A DNA stretch of 32,000 nucleotides from Dehalogenimonas formicexedens (GCF_001953175.1 NZ_CP018258.1:368210-400209); one strand, 5' to 3'; numbered from the stretch's first letter, positions 18,154 to 26,135 are shown. Translations and numbers: made by a program. The notes: generated by a model from the sequence alone, not told the origin.

Positions 18154-19316
18154 TGAACAACAAGAATATACCTCTCTTCAGCTTCTGGGGCGTCGTCCAG
18201 ATCCTGCTGGCGCTGGGCGCCCTGGGCGTGCTCGCCGCCAAGATGATCTGGGGCCTGGGGGCGGTGACCAACCTGTCCGACAACTGGCCCTGGGGACTCT
18301 GGGTCGCCTTCGACGTCGGCATCTATATCGCCTCGGCGGCCGGCGGCTTCGTTCTGGCGGCTCTGGTCTACATCTTCAAGATCGAGACCTTCCGTCCCCT
18401 GGTCAAGCCCGCCATCCTGATCGCCGCCCTGGGCTACACCATCGGCGCCCTGGGCATCGCCGTCGACCTTGGCCGCAGCCCGCTCATCGTCCACCCGCTG
18501 TGGATGTGGCAGCCCAGTTCGATCATGTTCGAAGTGGCCTGGTGCGTCATGATGTACCTGACGGTGCTGTACCTTGAGTTCTCGCCCAACGTCTTCGCCC
18601 GCTTCGGGCTGCACAGGGCCGAAACCGTCCAGCATGCCCTGGCCGTACCGCTGGTCACCTTCGGCATCCTCCTGTCCTTCCTGCACCAGTCGTCCCTGGG
18701 CGCCCTGTTCCTGATCACCCCGGAACAGCAGCCGCTGTGGCACCTGCCGCTCATGGGCTACCTCTTCGTCATCTCGGCCATGTCGCTGGGCCTTTCGGTG
18801 CTGACCATTTTTACCATCGTCACCGCCAAGTCATGGAAACTGACGCTGCGGTTGGACGTGCTCTCCAAGGTCATGTCCATCGCCGCCTGGATACTGGTCG
18901 TCTACTTGGGCCTGAGGATCTGGGATACCGCCCAGTCCGGCCACTTCTCGGCCTTCAAGTTCGACACCTACGGCTTGCTGTACATCGCCGAGGTGGGCCT
19001 GGGCATGATTGTCCCGGTCATCCTCATCGCCATGAAGAAGGTCAGGGAGTCCAGGGCTGGCCTCCTCTGGGCATCATCGCTCATCTTCTTCGGCATGCTC
19101 TTAAACCGCATCAACACCCTGGTGCTGTCGCACGCGGTCTACCGCCAGGGCAGCTACTTCCCGACGGTGTGGGAGTTCATCTTCACCCTGGGTCTCATTG
19201 CCGGGGCCATCTACGCCTTCAGGCTGGCTGCCAAGTACCTGCCGCTCTTCGCGGATAACAAGGCCGGCTTGCCCGAAGCGGTAGCCAAGACCAACCCGGT
19301 GGTCGTAACGGCCTAA
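18153..19316 (+). CDS. NrfD/PsrC-type polytopic membrane subunit of the molybdoenzyme complex
   Basis: 387 aa, strongly hydrophobic with about 10 predicted helices. The GTG start overlaps the preceding TAG by 1 nt, with GAAGGGAGGA upstream. Confidence 0.85.
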   Translation: MNNKNIPLFSFWGVVQILLALGALGVLAAKMIWGLGAVTNLSDNWPWGLWVAFDVGIYIASAAGGFVLAALVYIFKIETFRPLVKPAILIAALGYTIGALGIAVDLGRSPLIVHPLWMWQPSSIMFEVAWCVMMYLTVLYLEFSPNVFARFGLHRAETVQHALAVPLVTFGILLSFLHQSSLGALFLITPEQQPLWHLPLMGYLFVISAMSLGLSVLTIFTIVTAKSWKLTLRLDVLSKVMSIAAWILVVYLGLRIWDTAQSGHFSAFKFDTYGLLYIAEVGLGMIVPVILIAMKKVRESRAGLLWASSLIFFGMLLNRINTLVLSHAVYRQGSYFPTVWEFIFTLGLIAGAIYAFRLAAKYLPLFADNKAGLPEAVAKTNPVVVTA

Positions 19317-19339
19317 CCCTCACCCTCGAGTGCATCCCA

Positions 19340-19374
19340 AGTGGAGCGGTTCGGAAGAGCCGCTCCACTGTTTT
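19340..19374 (+). terminator. Rho-independent terminator after the molybdoenzyme operon
   Basis: 10-bp stem agtggagcgg / ccgctccact, 10-nt loop, then g-tttt. Confidence 0.7.
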
Positions 19375-19892
19375 GTGCCGGAAAGATTCGTTGTTTGCGT
19401 TTTTTCAATGAAAGTTTTATGAAGGAACGAATCATCCATTTTCAGCTTTGGCCCAATCGCGGGATTCGTTCCCAATAACGAGGGAAAACCAATCTGCCAC
19501 AAATCCGAAATCCGAATATTAGCATTTAGCATTTAGCGTTCCGCGTGGGTACGACGCGGCGGGCGACCGCAGGTCGCCCAAACATTTCAACGCCGTTGCC
19601 ACCCGTGAAAACAAAGGAAACAATTCACCTCCATGATTTACGTGGCGAGTGGAGGGCTTCGGAGTTACTGGGGGTAAATGTACAGGTGTGCTAATATTCA
19701 TGGAAAGTATTATAGCACCAGTGTTCTCGAAGATGTCAAGCGTCTCGTGACGTTTTTGGTGCCATTTTCAAAAAATATTTTACGGTACGTTTTCATTTTT
19801 GAGAAACTGCAAAGCCATTGGGCAAGAAAACTGCTGGCACTATCGCAAACCAAGATTTAGTGAAAGTATGATCAACAATAGCTTGAAATGTT

Positions 19893-20837
19893 ATGATTAG
19901 GCCGCTTTCGCATATGAACATCATTATTAAGGTCTTTTTGCGCCAACATAACTTTATTCTTCTAGTCGCGATCATAGCGGGTTTGTGTTTGCCGTCTGTT
20001 TCCAAACACGGAGAAGGTCTAATTATCCCAATGTTGGTTTGCGCTATGTCATTATCTCTAAGTCGAATCAGTCTTTCTGAGGTACTCGCCCCGAGTCACA
20101 TGTTCAGACCCCTTGTTATTTCCCTCAGTTTAAATTTTCTTCTTTTAGGAGGATTAAATATCGCTCTGGGGTATTTAATGACCAACGACCCAATCCTCCG
20201 TGCTGGTTTTGTTATCCTCGCTGCGGCACCGCCATCTCTTACCATCCCACCTTTCAGTTACAATCTGAAGGGAGATATTGCTATTTCATATATTGGTACG
20301 GCAGGGGGATATGTTGCCGCAATATTTATCTTACCGTTGCTTGTCTACGTTTTCCTTGGCAATGAATATTCCGGCAATCAATTGTTTGTTATTTTGGGAC
20401 AACTTATTGTTTTACCTCTCGTACTCTCCCAAATACTTAGATTATCCGGCCTGATTAAATACACAGAGAAAAATACTGGCTGGATAATCAATTGGTGTCT
20501 GGCCATTGTCATTTTTACTCTTATTGGGTTAAATCGTGATCTCTTGATGACTTCATCAAATTTGCTTGTGGTGACATCACTCACAGCTTTCATAACTATC
20601 TTTGCCCTTGGTGAACTGATTTTTCGAATATGCCGCAAATTGAACGTTATACCTTCCAAGGCAATAAGCTACATGTTACTTGGTTCCATGAAGAAATGAG
20701 CAGGTGCAAGCGCAATTGCCTTCGTCCTGTTTGGCAACAATGCTGCAATGCCGGCAATTGTCGCTCTTATCGTTGGTTTCTTGTACTATTTTTGGTTGTC
20801 ATTCCGCTTTAGAGGTTTGTTGGTTTCTAACTCATAA
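19893..20837 (+). pseudogene. Bile-acid:Na+ symporter (BASS/SBF-like) family transporter interrupted by an in-frame TGA at 20697-20699
   Basis: Polytopic protein. The segment ILAAAPPSLTIPPFSYNLKGDIAIS resembles the BASS …P(G)G…S…LAxGDxALS block. After …LLGSMKK-TGA the same frame continues AGASAIAFVLFGNNAAMPAIVALIVGFLYYFWLSF… to TAA 20835-20837, giving a family-typical length of about 314 codons. Confidence 0.6.
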
Positions 20838-20891
20838 GATCCAGCTGTTACCTTTCTGGTACTATTTGTTACTCTAACGCAGAGATTATAG

Positions 20892-20900
20892 TGATATAAT
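20892..20900 (+). promoter_or_regulatory. Candidate extended -10 promoter (TGaTATAAT) for the 198-aa ORF, kinase and regulator genes
   Basis: The sequence gTGaTATAAT ends 17 nt before the ATG at 20918. No good -35 element is visible. Confidence 0.35.
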
Positions 20901-20917
20901 GGGCATAAGGGTTGATC

Positions 20918-21508
20918 ATGTTTGAACTTGCGCATACTAGTAGTCCTTGGGATTGGTGCTATTCATCTAGGGCAATCAGTGAATCTCCAGTAAATGGAAT
21001 GAATCAGTCTGAATTGATTCGTTTACTTGATAGCACCATTCTTTCATGGAACGCCAGAGAAATTAGGCCGTCTCACATCTACTCAATCATTGATCTTGTT
21101 AACCAGCGTATCAAAGCATTGAAAATTACCTGGTTAAACAGAGAATCTCTACCAATATGCTACTTTTCGAGCCTTCAAACAATAGGCGCACTAATGACAA
21201 AAGCCTATCTAGAGACGCACAATATCGCCACCTCGTTTCAGGGCATCTCTAGTGAAGATGATTTAAAGTTACTTATTAATAAATGGAAAATCGAGCAACC
21301 AAGAGCTATCATTTTTAGTTTCTCGTCTTTCCAATATATTAACCTTGTCCAAACATATGTCCCCCAATTGAGATCTTTAACTAATAAAGCGTTTGCGGGC
21401 GGATTGATATTTTCACTTGACAAATCGCTGATGAAACATTTTCCAGGTTTCTATTTTCCGCCAGATTTGCCAAGCTTGATTGAATCAATAGTTAAGGAGG
21501 ACAAATGA
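20918..21508 (+). CDS. Hypothetical protein with corrinoid-protein-like layout (helical cap plus B12-binding Rossmann-like domain) and a degenerate DxHxxG motif
   Basis: SLQTIG sits where DxHxxG would be. A Ser-rich strand IIFSFSS follows about 42-46 residues later, and AFAGG lies 71-72 residues after the motif Gly. This is close to the canonical DxHxxG-x41/42-SxL-x26-28-GG spacing. The stop overlaps the kinase ATG (ATGA at 21505-21508). The track start at 20912 is a TTG. Confidence 0.45.
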   Translation: MFELAHTSSPWDWCYSSRAISESPVNGMNQSELIRLLDSTILSWNAREIRPSHIYSIIDLVNQRIKALKITWLNRESLPICYFSSLQTIGALMTKAYLETHNIATSFQGISSEDDLKLLINKWKIEQPRAIIFSFSSFQYINLVQTYVPQLRSLTNKAFAGGLIFSLDKSLMKHFPGFYFPPDLPSLIESIVKEDK

Positions 21509-23253
21509 TTAAAAACCAGATTGGTATCATTTCATGCTCCTCCATTATCACGCAGGTTAGAAATAGCATCTGTTTCAACAAAGAATATAAATTATATCCC
21601 CTGGTTCCTTCCTGCATGTTCTCAATTTCTTCTGATTTAATAAGACATGTCTTTGACCAAGCTTGTTTAGAAAATGACGTTGCCTTACTCGTCTATGGAA
21701 ATTGCCACCCTGACCTGCAGAATATCCTGCGCCAATATTCAAAAAGGATTATTAAGTTAGAAGGCGACAGTTGTTGGGAGATGTTGCTTGGTAAGGAAAT
21801 AGCCCAGGATTATTTAGCTAAGGGTTATTGGCTCCTGAAAAATGCGCTATGTACCACGTGGCGGAAAGAGGTTTTCATTTCTTACGGTGCGAATAGCGAG
21901 CATGGAAATTTAATTCGAGATTGTGGAACAAAGAAAATACTTGCTTGTAGATTTGAGCCAGATAAACCTAAAGAGCAGGATGTCTCCTCGTTTTCTCAAG
22001 CTTTTGGGGTCCCTTACGAGATCAGGGAGTGCGACACCTCTGGTTTCCAACACTTAGTTATGAACGGTGTGAAAACTGCAGGTGAACGAATAAGTAAAGG
22101 CGGGTTCATACAAACGAAACGAGACCATTCACGATGTAAAACCCCGATCGGGACCATCAATGAAGCGAAATTTAAGCTCAATACTTTGAGCAATAAATTG
22201 GTTTTTGTCAGCCCAAAAATATTTCAATTACTTGGCTTTCTCCCTGGCGAATTCAAACGATTGTACACCTCGAATCCTGACGGGATATTCTACTTTGACG
22301 AAGATACATTCCGCCAGGTCTCAACGAAGCGCTTTTCCTATTTTGCTCAATGTTTGTCTCGCGGCATTCAATTGCCGTTTAACATAGAATACCGAGTGCG
22401 TCATGAAAATGGCTCGGTTCTTTGGGTTAGAGAATGTTTCTCCCCTACCTACAACAACGACGGCACCCTGAATCCATGTTTTATAGGCAAACTCGAGAAT
22501 ATCACGGCTTGGAAAGAAACCGAAGATGAGTTAAAGAGATTATATCAAAAAGAGACCCAATTGCGAGTCGAGCTCGAGGAGGAGATAAAACGACGCGTCG
22601 AATTCACTCGCGCTCTTGTCCATGAACTAAAGACGCCACTAACCCCCATTCTATTGGCTAGTGATACTCTGTCCAATATGAATGGTGATAACCAATGGCG
22701 ACCATTGGTAAATAGTATTAACCACGGTGCTCATGACTTAAATAGCCGGATAGACGAACTACTTGATCTAGCGCGTGGTGAAGTCGGTATCTTGCGTGTT
22801 ACTTCAAAACCATTTCAGTTAAACGATGCCGTAGGTGATGCGGTCGAATTCTATGTGGCTAAAGCGAAATTATTCAACCAAACGATTGCTTGTCATCTAG
22901 ATTCTAAACTACCAAAAACAATGGGTGATCGAAAGCGTATTACTCAAGTAATATCTAACCTACTCGATAACGCGATAAAATATTCAGGGGATAACTCGCA
23001 GATCACTATCTCGACGCGTGTCGAAATGAACGACATATTGTTTTCAATTGTTGATAATGGTCCCGGGATTTCTGAAAATAGAATCGCTGACATTTTTAAT
23101 CCCTATAAATGTTCCTCCAATTCTCATCTTAGTGGCTTGGGATTGGGTCTTGCCTTGTCAAGAATGATTGTTGAAAAACACCTTGGGCGGATTTGGGTTA
23201 CAAGCAAAATAGGAACCGGGAGCGCATTCCTCTTTACGCTGCCACTCGCTTGA
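21505..23253 (+). CDS. Soluble sensor histidine kinase: N-terminal DUF1638-like Cys-containing domain, then PAS, HisKA and HATPase_c
   Basis: No hydrophobic segments. The N-terminal blocks IISCSS, LLVYGNCHPD, GDSCWEMLLGKE and GYWLLKN resemble DUF1638 as I remember it. PAS-like …EYRVRHENGSVLWVRE…. H-box FTRALVHELKTPLTPI (His codon 22621-22623). N, G1 and G2 boxes NLLDNAIKYS, DNGPGI and GLGLGLALSRMIV. Confidence 0.8.
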   Translation: MIKNQIGIISCSSIITQVRNSICFNKEYKLYPLVPSCMFSISSDLIRHVFDQACLENDVALLVYGNCHPDLQNILRQYSKRIIKLEGDSCWEMLLGKEIAQDYLAKGYWLLKNALCTTWRKEVFISYGANSEHGNLIRDCGTKKILACRFEPDKPKEQDVSSFSQAFGVPYEIRECDTSGFQHLVMNGVKTAGERISKGGFIQTKRDHSRCKTPIGTINEAKFKLNTLSNKLVFVSPKIFQLLGFLPGEFKRLYTSNPDGIFYFDEDTFRQVSTKRFSYFAQCLSRGIQLPFNIEYRVRHENGSVLWVRECFSPTYNNDGTLNPCFIGKLENITAWKETEDELKRLYQKETQLRVELEEEIKRRVEFTRALVHELKTPLTPILLASDTLSNMNGDNQWRPLVNSINHGAHDLNSRIDELLDLARGEVGILRVTSKPFQLNDAVGDAVEFYVAKAKLFNQTIACHLDSKLPKTMGDRKRITQVISNLLDNAIKYSGDNSQITISTRVEMNDILFSIVDNGPGISENRIADIFNPYKCSSNSHLSGLGLGLALSRMIVEKHLGRIWVTSKIGTGSAFLFTLPLA

Positions 23254-23271
23254 TTTTACCTGGGAACGAAC

Positions 23272-23955
23272 ATGAAATTACTTATAATTGAAGACGATCC
23301 CAATATCGTTGATACAGTTTCTTATGTTTTAAGTATGGCATGGCCAGACATTCATGTTACTTCAAGTTCAAATGGCAATAGCGGTGTGGCATTAGCCGAG
23401 AAGCTGAATCCTGATGCAATTTTATTGGACCTTGGTTTACCCGACATTGACGGTTATGAAGTATTGAAACAGATACGGACTTTCTCTTTTGTCCCAATTA
23501 TCATTATCACTGTCCGGGGCGATGAAAATGCTTTAGTAAAGGCTTTTGCCCTTGATGCCAACGATTATTTAGTTAAACCATTCCGACAGATGGAACTCAT
23601 TGCCCGTCTAAAAGCAGCTTTAAAAAAACGCAGGTTACTTGAAGAAGACTTATCGGTCACCTACTCAAATATCCGATTCGGTGCCTCAATTCAAGAAGTA
23701 TATCTTGGGGATAATCGGGTATTTCTCACAGCAACCGAAGCCAGGTTACTCTACCACCTAATCAGGAAAGCTGGCCAAATTGTTACAAATGCGGAATTAT
23801 CCGAAATACTCTGGGGAGATTATATCTCTGGCTCCTCGGATAATATTAAAAACTACATCTGCCGTCTCCGGAAAAAAATCGAAACTAAACCGGATCAACC
23901 AGAAATCATTCTGAATAGACGGGGTATAGGGTATATGATCCCTCCCCCTCATTAG
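23272..23955 (+). CDS. OmpR/PhoB-family response regulator (REC plus winged-helix)
   Basis: MKLLIIEDD…AILLDLGLPDIDG (Asp codon 23428-23430)…DYLVKPF. C-terminal …LTATEARLLYHL…NIKNYICRLRKKIE…RGIGYM. Confidence 0.9.
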   Translation: MKLLIIEDDPNIVDTVSYVLSMAWPDIHVTSSSNGNSGVALAEKLNPDAILLDLGLPDIDGYEVLKQIRTFSFVPIIIITVRGDENALVKAFALDANDYLVKPFRQMELIARLKAALKKRRLLEEDLSVTYSNIRFGASIQEVYLGDNRVFLTATEARLLYHLIRKAGQIVTNAELSEILWGDYISGSSDNIKNYICRLRKKIETKPDQPEIILNRRGIGYMIPPPH

Positions 23956-24078
23956 AGCTATCCGAACTGTTCCGTTTACCCAACTGTTACCATAATGCAC
24001 TATACTGGTGCCCCAAATAACCCCTGTGTTTACACCCATCCTATATCATGATTCCTAGGAAATTTGATGGAGGGTGTA

Positions 24079-25479
24079 ATGTCGATCAATCATTCAACAG
24101 TGAGTCGTCGTGATTTTATGAAGGGGTTGGGACTAGCGGGCGGAGGGATTGGAACCTTAGCAGTAGCAGGTCCAACATTTAGTGATCTGGATGAATTGTT
24201 GTCTGAATCAACCGCAGGCAATAAACGGGATTGGTGGATCAAAGACCAAGATGAACCGACGGTGGAAATTGATTGGTCTATGATGCAGCGGCATGACGCA
24301 ACCAAAATACCCCAGGTTTCCTATGCCAATTACGTTGGCAAAGACGTGGCTAATGCAAAGGGTGCCAAACAAAAAGAAGATCGTAAACAGTGGATATTGG
24401 AAAATAAATCCGGTTACACTTTAAAAGACTATGCGTTATTTGATGCGGCTGCGTACGGTTGGCAGGTAGGTTTTTCACATGATTTTTTTGGAGACACGAC
24501 AGTAACACCTTACGGTATGGGTAAACCAGGTGATCTTGGTGTGCCTATTTGGCAAGGAAGCCCTGAAGAAAATTCGGCTATAATCCGGAAAGCTTTCCGG
24601 TTTCTTGGAGCCGGAACTGTTTCTGTAGTTGAGTTAAATGATAATCATAGAAAGCTAATTGACGGTGTTGATTGGGACGGTAAAAACATCGTTTTTGAGG
24701 AAGTTGAGACAGCTTCTGAAACGACGACTAAACGCGTCATACCGAATAAATGTAAATGGGCCATCGTTTTTTCTCTCCCCATGTCAGAAGAGATGAACAA
24801 ACGGGCACCCACTTTGCTTGGGGATGCGACAACCGCACTCTCATACTCTTTGAGTACTTTGTTCCAAATACGGGCTCAACGATTTGTCAGGATGCTCGGG
24901 TATCAAGGGTTGGGAAGTTATCAATTCGTGAATAATGTCAGTATCAACCCTGCTCTTGCTGTTGTTAGTGGATTAGGCGAACAAGGTCGCCTCGGTCAAT
25001 GTATAATGCCTGAGTATGGGACAATGGCTCGATTGGGAAGCATCATTACAGACCTTCCGCTGTCTCCTGATAAGCCTATCGATGCTGGTATATGGCGTTT
25101 TTGCCAAACGTGTAAACTATGCGCTACCCATTGCCCTTCAGGAGCATTAAATCCCGATGATACCCTATCATGGGATAGGAAATATGAAGGGAATCATCCT
25201 GGGAAAAAAGCGTTCCTTTGCGACGGAATAAAATGTCGCACCTACTGGTTCGAATCAACAAGTCTATGTTCAATTTGCGTAGCCACTTGCGTTTTCGCCA
25301 AAAAAGACAAGGCAGGTATCCATGAAGTGGTTAAAGCAACGGTTGCTACCACACCAATATTTAACACAATATTTAAGAATATGGATCAAGCATTTGGTTA
25401 TAATTATGCCAATAGGGATCCCGAATCCTGGTGGGACCTTAAAACGCAACCAATGTTTGGTTTCAATTCAAATATTTAG
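24079..25479 (+). CDS. rdhA: Reductive dehalogenase catalytic subunit RdhA
   Basis: Twin-arginine signal SRRDFMKGLGLAGGG. Two Fe-S motifs: CQTCKLCATHCP and C…CSICVATCVF. Length about 465 aa. GGAGG at 24069-24073 lies 5 nt before the ATG at 24079; the track ORF opens at TTG 24064. Confidence 0.9.
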   Translation: MSINHSTVSRRDFMKGLGLAGGGIGTLAVAGPTFSDLDELLSESTAGNKRDWWIKDQDEPTVEIDWSMMQRHDATKIPQVSYANYVGKDVANAKGAKQKEDRKQWILENKSGYTLKDYALFDAAAYGWQVGFSHDFFGDTTVTPYGMGKPGDLGVPIWQGSPEENSAIIRKAFRFLGAGTVSVVELNDNHRKLIDGVDWDGKNIVFEEVETASETTTKRVIPNKCKWAIVFSLPMSEEMNKRAPTLLGDATTALSYSLSTLFQIRAQRFVRMLGYQGLGSYQFVNNVSINPALAVVSGLGEQGRLGQCIMPEYGTMARLGSIITDLPLSPDKPIDAGIWRFCQTCKLCATHCPSGALNPDDTLSWDRKYEGNHPGKKAFLCDGIKCRTYWFESTSLCSICVATCVFAKKDKAGIHEVVKATVATTPIFNTIFKNMDQAFGYNYANRDPESWWDLKTQPMFGFNSNI

Positions 25480-25504
25480 GCCGCAATCCGCAGGTACCCT
25501 CACA

Positions 25505-25538
25505 AGATAACCGAGGGGTTTTGGTCCCTCGGTTATCT
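25505..25538 (+). terminator. Strong hairpin 25 nt after the rdhA stop; a possible terminator that lacks a U-tract
   Basis: Perfect 13-bp stem agataaccgaggg / ccctcggttatct with an 8-nt loop gttttggt. It is followed by tgtcc rather than a T-run. Confidence 0.4.
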
Positions 25539-25790
25539 TGTCCAGACGCCGCCGGATATTGTCCCCCATTCAGCTGAAGTCAGACTAACAGGATGAGAGA
25601 TCTAATAGCAAATCAGACCGTTGAACTCTCGTTTTGTTTGGGTCTTAGTCATTGAGAATGGCCTGTGTTTCTGAGAGAGACTAACACTCTTTCATCACCA
25701 TCCTAACAGGTTTACGATACAATCTCTGCATTTGTGTCCTACTCTCCAAATGATTGACGTACGAGATCGCTACTAATGACAATCTCAGCA

Positions 25791-25822
25791 AAAAGGGAGT
25801 GCCTAATTAGGCACTCCCTTTT
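25791..25822. terminator. Bidirectional rho-independent terminator; it serves mop on the minus strand
   Basis: aaaa-gggagtgcct-aatt-aggcactccc-tttt, a perfect palindrome flanked by A4 and T4, about 35 nt downstream of the mop stop. Confidence 0.75.
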
Positions 25823-25855
25823 AGAACAATGAATAGAGAGCCACCGCTGAATCGA

Positions 25856-26056
25856 TTACTTTTCGATCATCACTTCGGTAGATTTGATGACCGCGGTTAC
25901 TTTGTCTCCAACCTTCAAATTCATGTGTTCGGCGGAGGCACGGCTGATAATGCTGACCACCTCGACATTTCCGGTATCAACTACAATCTCAGCCATAACC
26001 GTGCCCAGTTTTACACTTTTGACCATACCTTTGAATTGATTGCGAGCGCTAAGCAT
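25856..26056 (-). CDS. mop: Molbindin / TOBE-domain molybdate-binding protein (Mop)
   Basis: 66 aa: MLSARNQFKGMVKSVKLGTVMAEIVVDTG…GDKVTAVIKSTEVMIEK, a classical single-TOBE Mop. AAGGAGG sits upstream on the minus strand. Confidence 0.85.
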   Translation of the reverse strand: MLSARNQFKGMVKSVKLGTVMAEIVVDTGNVEVVSIISRASAEHMNLKVGDKVTAVIKSTEVMIEK

Positions 26057-26135
26057 TAAAATCCTCCTTTTTAACTTCCTTTTACAATCATACCCTATCA
26101 GCTATCGTTTAAGAACCTGGGAGGCGCTCCGCGTG

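Noticed and set aside
18074-19258. Alternative-frame ORFs overlapping the NrfD-type gene: 18074-18577 (+), 18150-18743 (-), 18434-18754 (-) and 18737-19258 (+)
   Set aside because: This is a very GC-rich region where all frames stay open. The translations are Arg/Pro/Gly-rich, whereas the 18153 frame gives a coherent polytopic membrane protein with SD and overlap coupling.
19320-19892. A cobalamin riboswitch, tRNA or tmRNA fragment, or integrase remnant in the long spacer before the island; also ORFs 19320-19532, 19519-19701, 19678-19860 and 19793-20005
   Set aside because: I could not find the B12-box or GGUG..AAUCC core, a T-arm (GGTTCGAATCC-like) or a CCA-end context. The small ORFs have no recognisable motifs or ribosome-binding sites.
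20697-20760. The BASS-transporter TGA as a third selenocysteine codon
   Set aside because: There is no hairpin with a G/U-containing apical loop in the 16-40 nt after the TGA, unlike the two other candidates. The position is not a redox motif. A nonsense mutation or a sequencing error is more parsimonious.
25480-25855. A search for a degraded rdhB or other small membrane ORF downstream of rdhA, and the 9-mer agactaaca repeated at 25582 and 25678 (also ctaacagg at 25585 and 25703)
   Set aside because: My translations of this spacer (all three plus-strand frames and a read-through of the minus strand) hit stops quickly and show no hydrophobic stretches. Short repeats of this length are near chance expectation in about 400 nt of AT-rich DNA.
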